Made by a program: the position numbers and the translations under genes. 64,000 nt of DNA. Origin: a virus. The stretch is from IMG/VR virus record IMGVR_UViG_3300009105_000002, positions 1-64,000 of that record; one strand, 5' to 3'. Below the pieces are notes generated by a model, which had not been told where the DNA came from, did not search any database, and saw only the letters and a list, made by a program, of their open reading frames with translations. The stretch's first letter is position 1, and each line of letters starts with the position of its first letter. Below, in pieces: positions 19,213 through 29,538 of the stretch.

Positions 19213-19575
19213 ATGGCAAATAATTATAAGTATTCAGGAAAGCGTGTCACGATTTCCCCTGCAGCGCCGGTTGCTTCTGGTGTATTGGCGAGGCAGGTAG
19301 GTTTTATCGGTATACCTTTGAATAACCGAGTAGCAGGAGAGTCAGTTGCATTTGCTCTCGAAGGTGCATGGGGTATGACTTATGCAGCTTATGGAGCATA
19401 TCAGCCGCCGGTAGGTACGATTCTTTATTGGGATACGACTGCTAGCGCATTATCCATAGGTGCAGCGAATGATGATTACCCGATAGTAAAGGTTGTCACA
19501 GCGGTTAGCGCGACCGATGGTTCGTTCGATGGTTTGCTGCTTCCTCAGGGCAAGGCATACGGATTAGAGCAGTAA
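19213..19575 (+). CDS. Capsid cement/decoration protein (DUF2190-like)
   Basis: MANNYKYSGKRVT..GTILYWD; between scaffold and MCP. Confidence 0.7.
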   Translation: MANNYKYSGKRVTISPAAPVASGVLARQVGFIGIPLNNRVAGESVAFALEGAWGMTYAAYGAYQPPVGTILYWDTTASALSIGAANDDYPIVKVVTAVSATDGSFDGLLLPQGKAYGLEQ

Positions 19576-19636
19576 GCTGTAAAGATTTACAGTAGTAAGC
19601 AGGCGTGCTAATACGCAAAACACGAAAGCGAGGAAT

Positions 19637-20626
19637 GTGATGAGAAAAAGTTTACTCAAAATGTATCACGACTTGAAAGAGTCGGCCTCATCGAGCGACT
19701 TTCCTTATCTATTGGGTAATACCATGCATAAGAAGTTGCTTGCGAGGTTTAATGGGTGGCCATCACCTTGGCGCCAGTATGTTTTAAAAGGTGACCTGAA
19801 TGATTTCAGGACGCATGACAGGATATTGCTGTCTGAAGCACCGGACCTCTTGAAGATAGAGGAAGACGGCAATTATAAGGATGCAAAGTTTTCGGATTAC
19901 AGGTATCAGATCAAAGCTGATACTTTTGGCAGGACATTTAAGGTAACCCGTCATGCGATCATCAATGATGATCTTAACGGTATAATGAAGATGCCTCAGA
20001 TGTTTGGCCGCGCAGCGATAAGGACGCTCGTAAAACAAATCCTTGGATTATATGCGGCAGGTAGCCATAAATGCTATGACGCTAAGTCATTGTTCCACGT
20101 TGATCATAGTAATTATTTGGCTACACCAGTCGCTCTTGCTAATTCAGCGGCAGGATTGACGGCGGTTGCAGATTGCTGCAATCAGATCGAAGCAGGGACA
20201 GATCCAGATACCGGTGAGTTATTAGGTGTCAGGCCGAAGTATCTATTGACAGGCACCACGCTGAGCAAAAAGGCCGCGGCGCTTTTGAAATCATCACAGA
20301 TTATACCTACTTCTACAGGCGGTGGCGGTACGTATAATCCAGTAGCAAGTTTAGAGCTGTTAGTTGATCCTTTGATTGATACGCAGCTTTCGACTACGTG
20401 GTGGGCTGTATTAGCTGATCCAGCAGATTGCCCTATCGTTGAAGTAGGGTTCTTGAATGGATTAGAGACTCCGGAGCTATTGGCTTTGAAGCCTAATACA
20501 TACAGGGTTGCAGGCGGCGGTGAAGATCCTTACGGTTTTGAGTTCGATGATATGGATTTCAAAATGAGGTGGGATTTTGGCTTGCAGCTAGCAATGTACC
20601 AGGGTATTTGCAGAGGCAAGGAATAA
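19637..20626 (+). CDS. Major capsid protein (Mu gpT-like)
   Basis: SDFPYLL, LNDFR, TFGRTFKVTRHAIINDDL, EVGFLNG. Confidence 0.85.
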   Translation: MMRKSLLKMYHDLKESASSSDFPYLLGNTMHKKLLARFNGWPSPWRQYVLKGDLNDFRTHDRILLSEAPDLLKIEEDGNYKDAKFSDYRYQIKADTFGRTFKVTRHAIINDDLNGIMKMPQMFGRAAIRTLVKQILGLYAAGSHKCYDAKSLFHVDHSNYLATPVALANSAAGLTAVADCCNQIEAGTDPDTGELLGVRPKYLLTGTTLSKKAAALLKSSQIIPTSTGGGGTYNPVASLELLVDPLIDTQLSTTWWAVLADPADCPIVEVGFLNGLETPELLALKPNTYRVAGGGEDPYGFEFDDMDFKMRWDFGLQLAMYQGICRGKE

Positions 20627-20650
20627 ATCTCTGCGCGCATTAAAGAAGAT

Positions 20651-20689
20651 ATATAGGGTGCGAGGTCTGAAACCTCGCCCCCTATATTT
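20651..20689 (+). terminator. Hairpin after MCP
   Basis: ATATAGGGTGCGAGG/CCTCGCCCCCTATAT. Confidence 0.6.
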
Positions 20690-20701
20690 GTGAGGTGACA
20701 G

Positions 20702-21079
20702 ATGGCTTTTACGTATGATTTAAGTACGAATGTAGGAAAGGTTAGAAATTTAATCGGGGATGCCGTTGATTCAGGGCATTTGTTAGAAGATGCGGATATA
20801 ACTTCGTTTTTAGCAATGACGACGAGTGATCTCTATATGACAGCGTATCATTGCTTGATGCGGATTGCTAATTCTCAGGCCTTATTGGCCAAAATGAAAC
20901 AGGCCGGGGACTACAAAGAGGATCTTAGATCTGTTGCTAAAGAGTTAAGAGAGAATGCCAAGATGTTTAAGGAGATGTCAGAAAATATACCTGCTGAAGC
21001 ACAAGCAGAACATTTTAGAAATGATTTTAGCTATAGAGATATCACTGACCGTAAAGCTTTAAGGAATGATAATACATGA
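20702..21079 (+). CDS. Head-tail adaptor
   Basis: MAFTYD..GKVRNLIGD..LLEDADI; follows MCP. Confidence 0.7.
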   Translation: MAFTYDLSTNVGKVRNLIGDAVDSGHLLEDADITSFLAMTTSDLYMTAYHCLMRIANSQALLAKMKQAGDYKEDLRSVAKELRENAKMFKEMSENIPAEAQAEHFRNDFSYRDITDRKALRNDNT

Positions 21080-21582
21080 AGAAGCAATGGAAAGATAGTT
21101 ATTGGTATACAGTGCCTTGCGCACGTGCGCGCATAGAAGAAATTGTAAGACGCGCAAAAGGATCATATAAGGTTCTTGATGCCGGATGTAGCGATGGTTT
21201 TTTATCACAGGCCCTTAAAGAGGCAGGCTTTCATGTTACGAGTATAGATAATAATGATAAGGCTATTAAACAAGCGGATGAGTTCTTTGGGATTAAGGTC
21301 ATTAAAGCGGATGTCGAAAATCTGCCTTTTATGGATGATGAGTTTGATCTATCAATAGGTGGAGAATTGTTGGAACATTTAGTCAATCCGGGCAAAGGAT
21401 TATCAGAGCTTTTTAGGGTTGCAAAAAATAGAGTTATATTAAGTCTTCCGATAGGTAAATATTGGTTAGGATGTAAAGATCATCTATGGGAAATAAATGC
21501 GACAATTATAGAACATGATAAAGGCAAAAAAGATATACTTGAGAAAAAAATAACTGTTTTGGAATTTATAAAAAGACGATGA
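21076..21582 (+). CDS. Class I SAM-dependent methyltransferase
   Basis: VLDAGCSDG, ADVENLPF, ELLEHL. Confidence 0.85.
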   Translation: MKKQWKDSYWYTVPCARARIEEIVRRAKGSYKVLDAGCSDGFLSQALKEAGFHVTSIDNNDKAIKQADEFFGIKVIKADVENLPFMDDEFDLSIGGELLEHLVNPGKGLSELFRVAKNRVILSLPIGKYWLGCKDHLWEINATIIEHDKGKKDILEKKITVLEFIKRR

Positions 21583-22109
21583 ATATAATAGAGATAGCTC
21601 AAGAGGCAGTAAAATTACCAATACCTGAATGGATGGCAGTTGATATAAAAGGCAATCATGGTCAAGCGCCTTATTATAGATTTTTATATTTACTGGCCAA
21701 GGAAATGAAGCCTCAGGTAATGGTGGAGCTTGGAACTATGGAAGGCCTGGGAGCTATGTGTATGGCAAAAGGTAATCAGGATGGCCAAGTGATGGCAATA
21801 GATAAAAATATAAAGGATCTACATCCGGCATGCATAATGCCTAATGTGCAATATCTCAGGCAGGATAGTTTAGATGAATGCAACATAAGAGATATTGACA
21901 TATTATTTATAGATACTGATCATAACGGCCGGGCATTGTTTGAATATGAAGCTTGGAAGGGCAGAATGGCTAAGGGTGGAGTGATGTTATTCGATGATGT
22001 GAATTTAAACACAGAGATGAAAGTATTCTGGCATGAATTTAATCCTGAAGGTCAAAAGATAGATCTCCCAGAGCTACATGGTAGTGGATTCGGAGCGGTA
22101 GTCATATGA
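21579..22109 (+). CDS. SAM-dependent O-methyltransferase (Methyltransf_24-like)
   Basis: VELGTMEG, DILFIDTDH, GGVMLFDD. Confidence 0.8.
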   Translation: MNIIEIAQEAVKLPIPEWMAVDIKGNHGQAPYYRFLYLLAKEMKPQVMVELGTMEGLGAMCMAKGNQDGQVMAIDKNIKDLHPACIMPNVQYLRQDSLDECNIRDIDILFIDTDHNGRALFEYEAWKGRMAKGGVMLFDDVNLNTEMKVFWHEFNPEGQKIDLPELHGSGFGAVVI

Positions 22110-23056
22110 ATATAGTAGTTTTTTCTTGCGCTAATACAGGGAATTTCGGGGATGATATCATTCTTGAAGGTATAAAGAAAAAGTTTTCGCGGGAATATCC
22201 CGATCATGGTGGAGTTATAAGGCAGATATTAAGGATCAATGCTGAAACAGCAAAATTTATCAATGAGCAGGATTTTCTGATTATAGGTGGTGGTGAGATA
22301 TTATCGAATTCAGATATGTTGAAGCAAATAATAAAATATGAGATAAAGATTCCTTATATGTTTTTGTCAGTGGGTATTGGAAGCAGTAAAGATATACTTC
22401 CATATTTAAAAAAGATACACCCTACAGCTTGGTATGCAAGGACACAAAAGGATCTTGATATATTGAAGGAGTGCGGAGTTAAAAACGCAATGATTCATAA
22501 GGATCTATTGTTTGAATGTTGTACCAAAAGAAAACCCAATGGCCGGATAGGATTTAATATAAAAAATCAAAAGAAACCATCTGTATTTATAGAGTCAATG
22601 GCGCATACACTCGACACTATGATTGCGGCTGGGATAGAGATAGATCTATTGGCTTTAAATTGTAAACCTCAACAGCCAATCAGTTATTGCGGAGAGAATA
22701 TATTAATATCTGACTGCAGCGACCTTGATTTGATGGAAAAAATACAACATAGGATGAAAAAGGATATCAATATAGTGACTTATAATGGCAAAGATCCTTT
22801 GAGATTTTTGGATATACTGGCTGATTATGAGGCTATAGTAGGAGAGAGATTGCACTCAATAATGGTGGCATTTCATGCAAAAATAGACTTCCGGGCGATT
22901 CCATATCATCCAAAAATCGATAAATTCCTTGATATGCATGGATTAAATGATAAGAAAATAGGCAATACGCCGGTAGATATCGGCATGGCAATAAAAGAGA
23001 TATGGTTAAAGAGGCCCGAGAGGCCTAGAAAGGGGATTTATGAACATACTGCATGA
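22106..23056 (+). CDS. Polysaccharide pyruvyl transferase family protein
   Basis: NFGDDII, IIGGGEI, SVGIG, RLHSIMVA, YHPKI. Confidence 0.85.
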   Translation: MNIVVFSCANTGNFGDDIILEGIKKKFSREYPDHGGVIRQILRINAETAKFINEQDFLIIGGGEILSNSDMLKQIIKYEIKIPYMFLSVGIGSSKDILPYLKKIHPTAWYARTQKDLDILKECGVKNAMIHKDLLFECCTKRKPNGRIGFNIKNQKKPSVFIESMAHTLDTMIAAGIEIDLLALNCKPQQPISYCGENILISDCSDLDLMEKIQHRMKKDINIVTYNGKDPLRFLDILADYEAIVGERLHSIMVAFHAKIDFRAIPYHPKIDKFLDMHGLNDKKIGNTPVDIGMAIKEIWLKRPERPRKGIYEHTA

Positions 23057-24041
23057 GCTTAATCAGCTCGAATATGGAGGAGTTGAGCGGATGATTGCCA
23101 ATCTTATCAAATTTGATAAGAAAAATAAGCATTCGATTCTTGCTTATCAGGATGGACCGTTCAGAGAGGAATTAAAAGATGTAGAAATTATTATAGCGCC
23201 AAAGGAAAAAGGCAAAGAATTAGATTTTGAAACTGATCTTATTCATATTCACTCGGGAGGAGCGGTGAGTGAGCTGGCAATGTCAGTCGGGAAGGGTTTT
23301 CCAATAATTGAGACAATTCATTCTCCGATTCGTTCACCCATGAGAAGTGAATTGATTGCTCAAAGGGTCGGAGTGACAGATGTCGTGAGTAAATTAAATC
23401 ACGATTGTATTACGATTCATAATGGCTTGGATTTTTTGGAGATTATGCCTACAAAGGAACCTGAGGATATTAAAAAAGAACTCGGGATAAAAGAAGGATT
23501 GCCGGTTATAGGCAGGCTCGGCCGGATAGGCGAAGATAAGTATCTCGAGGAATGGCTTCTGGTTTGTAATTATTTGCAAAGGATGGGTTTAGAATTTATA
23601 CCTTTAATAATAGGCGACGAGACCATTGGTTTAAATGGCTATATAGGTAAGCTTAAACTTATGGCCGCCTCGCTGCCAGTCAAAAATGTTATATGGGCCG
23701 GACATAAGGTAGATGTGGCCAATTATTTGCAAATCATGGATGTATTTTTATATCCATCAGCTACAGAAGGATTTGGTCTTGTTTATGTTGAGGCAATGTT
23801 TAATGACGCGGTCCTTGTGACATATGAAAACGAAGTATCGAAGGAAATAGCAGCCGGGTATTCAATATTGACTGGTCCTAGCATCGAAGATCTTGCTATG
23901 GGTGTTATTAAAGGATTGGATATCAATATGAAGGACGCTATTACATCAGTGGCCAGGGGATGGGTTGAAGGCGAATTTAACGCAGAGCAAATGGTAGAGA
24001 AATACGGAGAATTGTATGAGCGAGTTAACAAATGTTCTTAA
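23040..24041 (+). CDS. GT4 (GT-B) glycosyltransferase
   Basis: GGVERMI, GRLGR, PSATEGFGLVYVEAM. Confidence 0.9.
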   Translation: MNILHELNQLEYGGVERMIANLIKFDKKNKHSILAYQDGPFREELKDVEIIIAPKEKGKELDFETDLIHIHSGGAVSELAMSVGKGFPIIETIHSPIRSPMRSELIAQRVGVTDVVSKLNHDCITIHNGLDFLEIMPTKEPEDIKKELGIKEGLPVIGRLGRIGEDKYLEEWLLVCNYLQRMGLEFIPLIIGDETIGLNGYIGKLKLMAASLPVKNVIWAGHKVDVANYLQIMDVFLYPSATEGFGLVYVEAMFNDAVLVTYENEVSKEIAAGYSILTGPSIEDLAMGVIKGLDINMKDAITSVARGWVEGEFNAEQMVEKYGELYERVNKCS

Positions 24042-24615
24042 TGCCAGCATAGATATCAAGAGAATGATGGATGAGGTTCTTGATAAAGCAGCTGTAGTTG
24101 CATCGATGAGTCTTGATCGGCAGCCAGCAGAGGAAGTATACCTTCAGATTGAAGTGGAAGGATGCACAGTAGGATCCGGGCTTGTAAGTTTTGATGGATC
24201 AACGACTGAACAGGTTGCTTTTACCGCAGATGGTATAAATGTATCAACTAAGGGATTCACAAGCGTGTCTGGGATCACAGTTGCAGAGATATCTGATGGT
24301 TTTATTACGATCAGGGGAGTCAGCAAGCTTGGCCAGAATATAAATCAAGAAGTCAGTATTTATACAGGTATGTCGGTTATGTTTTATCCTCTGACTGGCA
24401 GGGCAAAAGAGATTTTGATGATAGCAACTGGTCAAAAGGATATAGCAATTTATAAATTCATGGCCCCACCTGCAAATATTATCAAACGTAACGATTTAAT
24501 GTATGCAGTATCGGGAATTCAGGGATTAACGCGAGGTCAAGTTGATTCTGTTAATGAAATAGTTGATCTTGATGGCAATACTCATCATGTAGAATGTAAC
24601 ATCTTAGGCCTTTGA
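24016..24615 (+). CDS. Probable head-closure/structural protein
   Basis: Position in head-tail region; C-terminal HHVEC resembles head-closure proteins. Confidence 0.5.
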   Translation: MSELTNVLNASIDIKRMMDEVLDKAAVVASMSLDRQPAEEVYLQIEVEGCTVGSGLVSFDGSTTEQVAFTADGINVSTKGFTSVSGITVAEISDGFITIRGVSKLGQNINQEVSIYTGMSVMFYPLTGRAKEILMIATGQKDIAIYKFMAPPANIIKRNDLMYAVSGIQGLTRGQVDSVNEIVDLDGNTHHVECNILGL

Positions 24616-24633
24616 GGCCGTAAAGGAGGAAAC

Positions 24634-26961
24634 ATGCGATATTCAGTAATCATAGTGACACATAACGGGTTGGAATTTACGGTTAAATGTATAGCCAGCA
24701 TAGTGCGCCATACGCAGGATTATGAGCTTATAGTGGTGGATAACGGCTCAAAAGACGGCACTGTAGGGTATTTAGAGGAATTATCGAGGCGCAGAGATAA
24801 CGTTCATATCATCTTAAATAAAGAAAATTCGACATATGCCAAGTCTAATAATCAAGGATATGAAATATCTGAAGGTGATCATGTATGTTTTTTGAATAAT
24901 GACACGGTGGTTAATGAAGGATGGCTTGATCACATGACGGCACATCTTTATAAAAATAATTCACTCAGCAATATCGGTATTGTAGGGCCTATAACAAATT
25001 GCTCGAATGGTAAACAGGCATATGGCAATATTCAGGATCCTAAGGTCTGGTATGAACAGAATAAAGGCAGATGGTGCCATGCCGGCAGGCTTTATGGATG
25101 GTGTTTATTGATGAAGAGGGCTCTTTTGAATGAGATAGGTATATTTGATGAGCAGTTTGAAAATTCACATGAGGATAATGATATATGCCTCAGGGCGCAA
25201 TTGGCTGGATACAGGCTTGTAATAGCTTTTGATACATGGATTCATCATACAGGCCAGGGGACATTCAGGAATTTTTATACTACTGAAGAATATCTAAGTA
25301 ATGGCCAAAAAAATTCAGAAAAATATTTTAATAAGTGGTGGGATCCACGGCCAAGGAAGCTTGTAGCAGTTTATAGACTTGGCAATTGCGAGCAGTATAT
25401 AGAGGAAAGCATGAAGCAGACCTCTAAATTTGCGGATTCTATTATAGTGCATTTATGTAGATCTACGGATAAGACAGAGGAAATTGTCAAACGGTTTCCG
25501 AAGGTTATTAAAATAGGCAGATATGACGGTGCCTTTCAGGAGGACTTTGAACGCAACTGGTTACTGCAGGAAGCATTAAAAACAGATGCAGATTGGTGCA
25601 TATCAGTTGACGGAGATGAGGTCTACGAGGATAAATTTGTCGAGAGGGTTCAAAAGATGATGAATCCGCGCAATCCGGAGATATTTGCTTATAGTTATAG
25701 ATGGCGCACTATTTGGGAGAGGCGCAATGGAGACGAATATTTTAGAGCTGATTCTACTTTTGGTGATTTTACTAATCACAGATTTTTTAGGCTGATAAAA
25801 AGACAGGAGATTACTTCAATTCATCCGGAAGGACATCATTGCGGATCAAACCCGATTATAGCACCTGAAAATATCACATGGTCGAATATTAGGGTAAAGC
25901 ATTTAGGATATGATACGACCGATCAGAGGCAAAAGAAGTATGAATTTTATCAGGCGAATGACCACTTTAAGGATTCAAGAGATATTGGAAATAAGGATTA
26001 TTCGCATTTGATAGATATGAATGTGCAGCTTGAAAAGTATGATCCTAATAATGGCATCAGTTGCATCATGATGGTCAAGAATGAAGAGGAAAGAATTCAG
26101 GCATGCATAAGTAATTTAGAATGTTTAGTGGACGAATATATTATTGTTGATACAGGATCAACGGATAAAACGGTTGAATTGATAAAGCATTTTGCCAAAT
26201 ATTCATCTGTACCAGTGAAATTATTACAGATGCCCTGGCCGGACAATTACTCAATACCTCGTAACTTTGCAAAGTTACATGCTACGCAGAAATGGATCCT
26301 TATGATGGATGCGGATGAGAGATTTGAGATGGAAGACATCTATAAATTGTTCAAAATGATAGAGTCTGAGGCAGATGCGATAATCTTCCATGTTATAAAT
26401 TACCTTAAGAAAACTATGCCCGGGCAAAAACCAGTATATGCATCTACGGAGTCAGTCAGATTGTATCGTAATATTCCAGAGTTTTATTATACAGGAATAA
26501 TTCACGAAACGATTGATGATTCGATGGCGGCTATGAAAAATAGAAGACCAGTGAAGATAGGACGTTCGCCGGTCAAATTACATCATGGTGGATATCTTAA
26601 GGATAAAAATAGAGTGGAAGGTAAGCTTCAATATTATACAAAACTTAATGAACAGCAGATTGAAATAACAGAAGGCAAGGATCCACGGCCTTATTTTAAC
26701 CTTGCGCTTCATTGGTTGAACAATGATGAAGAGAAAAAGGCCTTACAGTGCTTTCAGAAATCGATACAAGTCAATCCGAGATTTTGGCATTCACATCAGC
26801 AGATGGCAGCTTTGAATATAAAAAGTACAAAGATATTTTTAGAGAATGTGTTGCAATTTATCCCAGAGACTCATCCTTTTGTGCCTGAGGCCAAAGAGAT
26901 ATTAGAATATTTGAAATCAAAAAGCATCGGGAATGTAAAGGTAGGAAAAAATGCCTGTTAG
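24634..26961 (+). CDS. Triple GT2 glycosyltransferase with C-terminal TPR
   Basis: Three GT-A units (VVDNGSKDGT..FLNND; ISVDGDE; IVDTGSTD..MDADE) then TPR-like YFNLA..ALQCFQKSIQVNP. Confidence 0.88.
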   Translation: MRYSVIIVTHNGLEFTVKCIASIVRHTQDYELIVVDNGSKDGTVGYLEELSRRRDNVHIILNKENSTYAKSNNQGYEISEGDHVCFLNNDTVVNEGWLDHMTAHLYKNNSLSNIGIVGPITNCSNGKQAYGNIQDPKVWYEQNKGRWCHAGRLYGWCLLMKRALLNEIGIFDEQFENSHEDNDICLRAQLAGYRLVIAFDTWIHHTGQGTFRNFYTTEEYLSNGQKNSEKYFNKWWDPRPRKLVAVYRLGNCEQYIEESMKQTSKFADSIIVHLCRSTDKTEEIVKRFPKVIKIGRYDGAFQEDFERNWLLQEALKTDADWCISVDGDEVYEDKFVERVQKMMNPRNPEIFAYSYRWRTIWERRNGDEYFRADSTFGDFTNHRFFRLIKRQEITSIHPEGHHCGSNPIIAPENITWSNIRVKHLGYDTTDQRQKKYEFYQANDHFKDSRDIGNKDYSHLIDMNVQLEKYDPNNGISCIMMVKNEEERIQACISNLECLVDEYIIVDTGSTDKTVELIKHFAKYSSVPVKLLQMPWPDNYSIPRNFAKLHATQKWILMMDADERFEMEDIYKLFKMIESEADAIIFHVINYLKKTMPGQKPVYASTESVRLYRNIPEFYYTGIIHETIDDSMAAMKNRRPVKIGRSPVKLHHGGYLKDKNRVEGKLQYYTKLNEQQIEITEGKDPRPYFNLALHWLNNDEEKKALQCFQKSIQVNPRFWHSHQQMAALNIKSTKIFLENVLQFIPETHPFVPEAKEILEYLKSKSIGNVKVGKNAC

Positions 26962-27463
26962 TGGAGCAGATGTAGTTGCCAGAAATATAAAAGCATTCGG
27001 AGGCGGGTTTGAAAGGCATGCTACGAAGGTAATGAAAAAAGCAGCTGATATACTTGATGGAGAAGTCACTAAAAATATGAGCTTATCTGATCATAGCCAG
27101 GCTGATCTTACTAAATTAGGGCATCCTTATGCGCGCAGGCATGGGCCTGAGGGCAAAGGATTACATAAGCCGCCATGGTTAGTTCATCGACAGAGCGGCA
27201 AACTATTAAGTAGTAAATTCAAGGGATCTAGTGAAGCATCTGTACTAGGAGGTCAGCTTAAAGTCAGCGGATGGGTGGGATTGGATCAAGGAAGGACTGG
27301 ATATGCGCAGGCTATTATCTGGGGTACATCGAGAATGATACCTAGAGATGTATTATCAGGTAGTTTGTTTAATAAAAGATTTCAGGGCAAAGTAGGAGTT
27401 CTGTTAAATACTAATCTCAGGGATTTAGTTGTAAATTTCAGAGGAGCTGAAACGCATGGCTGA
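26951..27463 (+). CDS. Tail completion/neck protein (HK97 gp10-like)
   Basis: QSGKLLSS, YAQAIIWGTSRM; position. Confidence 0.65.
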   Translation: MPVSGADVVARNIKAFGGGFERHATKVMKKAADILDGEVTKNMSLSDHSQADLTKLGHPYARRHGPEGKGLHKPPWLVHRQSGKLLSSKFKGSSEASVLGGQLKVSGWVGLDQGRTGYAQAIIWGTSRMIPRDVLSGSLFNKRFQGKVGVLLNTNLRDLVVNFRGAETHG

Positions 27464-27869
27464 ATATAAGGTAATAGAAAAAATACGAAATATATTAAAA
27501 GCGGATACAACTATAAAAGGATTTGTGAAGGATAAAGTTTACGCTCAACATCCGTCTACTATTGAAAATCCTATATTTCCAGCAATATCGATTGCGCTTT
27601 TGCCCGGACAGGCAAGGACTAACGTGCCAGCCATGGTGGATATAGTTATTCAAATAGATTTGTGGTTTCCTGTTGATAAATATACAGTTGACGATGTCAT
27701 GACTTGTTTTAGAAGAGTGAGGGCATTGCTTCATCGTGAAACTTTGAAGGATACAACGATAGATATTGAATTAAAACAGATCATGGAAACAGGCATCGGG
27801 CCGTTGATGTATGATGTTGATTCTAAATCACATCATTTGCCGGCCAGATATGCGGTGGTGGCAATATGA
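27456..27869 (+). CDS. Tail terminator protein
   Basis: ILKADTTI..KVY..FPAI..IQIDLW. Confidence 0.7.
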   Translation: MAEYKVIEKIRNILKADTTIKGFVKDKVYAQHPSTIENPIFPAISIALLPGQARTNVPAMVDIVIQIDLWFPVDKYTVDDVMTCFRRVRALLHRETLKDTTIDIELKQIMETGIGPLMYDVDSKSHHLPARYAVVAI

Positions 27870-28060
27870 TAAAAGAATGGCTATGCATAGCTTGTAAATT
27901 TACATTAGCTTGGATTGAAGATAATAAAATAATTCGTATTAAGCGAAAAGATTTATATGTAGATGTAGAAGGTGGAAAAGTAACGATTACTTGTTGCCGG
28001 TGTGGCAAGAGAAATACGGCAATTGACGATAAAGTAAAATCTGAAGGAAAGGAGGAATGA
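27866..28060 (+). CDS. Com-like zinc-ribbon protein
   Basis: CIAC and CRCGKRN. Confidence 0.6.
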   Translation: MIKEWLCIACKFTLAWIEDNKIIRIKRKDLYVDVEGGKVTITCCRCGKRNTAIDDKVKSEGKEE

Positions 28061-28064
28061 GACA

Positions 28065-28619
28065 ATGGCTTATAATGTCCCAACGTATCAACACAAGCGG
28101 TTTTCTTTTGGTCCTGGAGTATTGTATTTAGGATCGGAAGGAACGACACCGACTGTGGAACTCGGAGCAGTAAAGGGCAATGCAGAACTTTCAGTTGAGA
28201 GAACGCGCCTTGAGATTTTTCAGGGTAGCCCTCAGTCAAAAGTGAAGCAATATGCTATTAAGGAAGAAGTAATCCTTAAGGTAACTGGCATAGAGTGGAA
28301 TTTTGACAACTTTAATGCAGCCCTGGGCGCAGGTGTTACAGGCGCAAGCAACCCGGATGAGACGTTTGAATTCGGCGGAGACATGGATATGGCTGATAAG
28401 GCAGTGAGATTTCTGCACATACAACCTGATGGCAGTACCATAGACATTCACATGTTTAAGGTAGAAGGCGCAGGTAAGATTGCTATGACGTTTAATGAAG
28501 CAGATACTCATGAATTTCCTTATGAGTTTCATTCAGTCGAAGCGACAACAGGTTTTGATGCCGCAGCTCTAGCAGCGAACAAGAAGCATTTTAAGATAAT
28601 TAGGACAGTAGCAGCTTAA
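28065..28619 (+). CDS. Major tail tube protein
   Basis: FGPGVLY..LGAVKG; position before chaperone and TMP. Confidence 0.75.
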   Translation: MAYNVPTYQHKRFSFGPGVLYLGSEGTTPTVELGAVKGNAELSVERTRLEIFQGSPQSKVKQYAIKEEVILKVTGIEWNFDNFNAALGAGVTGASNPDETFEFGGDMDMADKAVRFLHIQPDGSTIDIHMFKVEGAGKIAMTFNEADTHEFPYEFHSVEATTGFDAAALAANKKHFKIIRTVAA

Positions 28620-28638
28620 CTTAGGAGGAGACATAGAG

Positions 28639-29034
28639 ATGTCCAATTCCGCTTTTATACCAAAGACTAAAAAGATTCAGATTGTCGGGAAAGAATTTGA
28701 GATTAAGCCGTTTGTAATAAGAACAAGGACTAAATTCCTGAAAATAGTATTTGATATTTTTAGGGAATTATCAGAAAAGAGATCAGAATTAAAATTGGAT
28801 AATATCCAAACTCGAAATGTAGCACAGCTAGTGCCAGTGCTTGCGGAAGCAGCCGGGGAGAGATTGATTGATATCTATGAATTGGTTATTAGTGAACCTC
28901 GGGAATGGATGATAGATAATGTCCAGATCAAGGATGAAATAGCCATCATAGAAGCAATTCTGGAGGTTAATGATATCTCTTTTTTGGTGTCACAGGTCAA
29001 GAACATCGGTCAACAGGTGAAAAAGTTGCAATAG
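28639..29034 (+). CDS. Tail assembly chaperone (gpG-like)
   Basis: Position; slippery T-TTT-TTG at 28980-28986. Confidence 0.75.
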   Translation: MSNSAFIPKTKKIQIVGKEFEIKPFVIRTRTKFLKIVFDIFRELSEKRSELKLDNIQTRNVAQLVPVLAEAAGERLIDIYELVISEPREWMIDNVQIKDEIAIIEAILEVNDISFLVSQVKNIGQQVKKLQ

Positions 29035-29330
29035 ATGAGTTGATTGTGTTTTTGGCCTGTGAATGCGGATGGGATCATGATTTTATATTAGACCATCTGA
29101 CATGGGCGCAGTTAAAAGTATATTACGAATTAATAAATAAGAAGAAACTGCAAGAGTTAAAAATAAGAACGATTGCAACGTTTAACGCTGTAGCTTACGC
29201 ATACGGTTCAATGAAGAAAGAAGCATTTATGAGGTTTATAGATAAGTTAGATCCGCCGGGAATAGTTAAAGATGGCGGTCCGGCGTTTGATAAAATGAGA
29301 CAGGATGGCTTTCCAGTGGAGGAAAAATAA
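28980..29330 (+). CDS. Tail assembly chaperone -1 frameshift extension (gpGT-like)
   Basis: The -1 frame is open from TTTTTTG at 28980 into the 29040-29330 ORF. Confidence 0.75.
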   Translation, partial: FFGVTGQEHRSTGEKVAIDELIVFLACECGWDHDFILDHLTWAQLKVYYELINKKKLQELKIRTIATFNAVAYAYGSMKKEAFMRFIDKLDPPGIVKDGGPAFDKMRQDGFPVEEK

Positions 29331-29331
29331 G

Positions 29332-29538
29332 ATGAAATTTAAAGTTACTATGATATGTAAGGAAATTTGGCGTGCTGAAACGGTTGTGGAAGTAGAACAA
29401 CAATTTTCAGATGTGGCTTTAGACATGGAAGCGATTAAAGATGAGGCGTGGGGAAAGTTTGATGCAATTTGTGCAAGGGATTTGGAACAAGAAAATTATA
29501 CAAAGGTAGAAGAAATAAAACCAATGAGGTTTAAATAA
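29332..29538 (+). CDS. Small hypothetical protein between chaperone and TMP
   Basis: MKFKVTMICKE, GGAGG RBS, TAATG coupling to TMP. Confidence 0.55.
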   Translation: MKFKVTMICKEIWRAETVVEVEQQFSDVALDMEAIKDEAWGKFDAICARDLEQENYTKVEEIKPMRFK

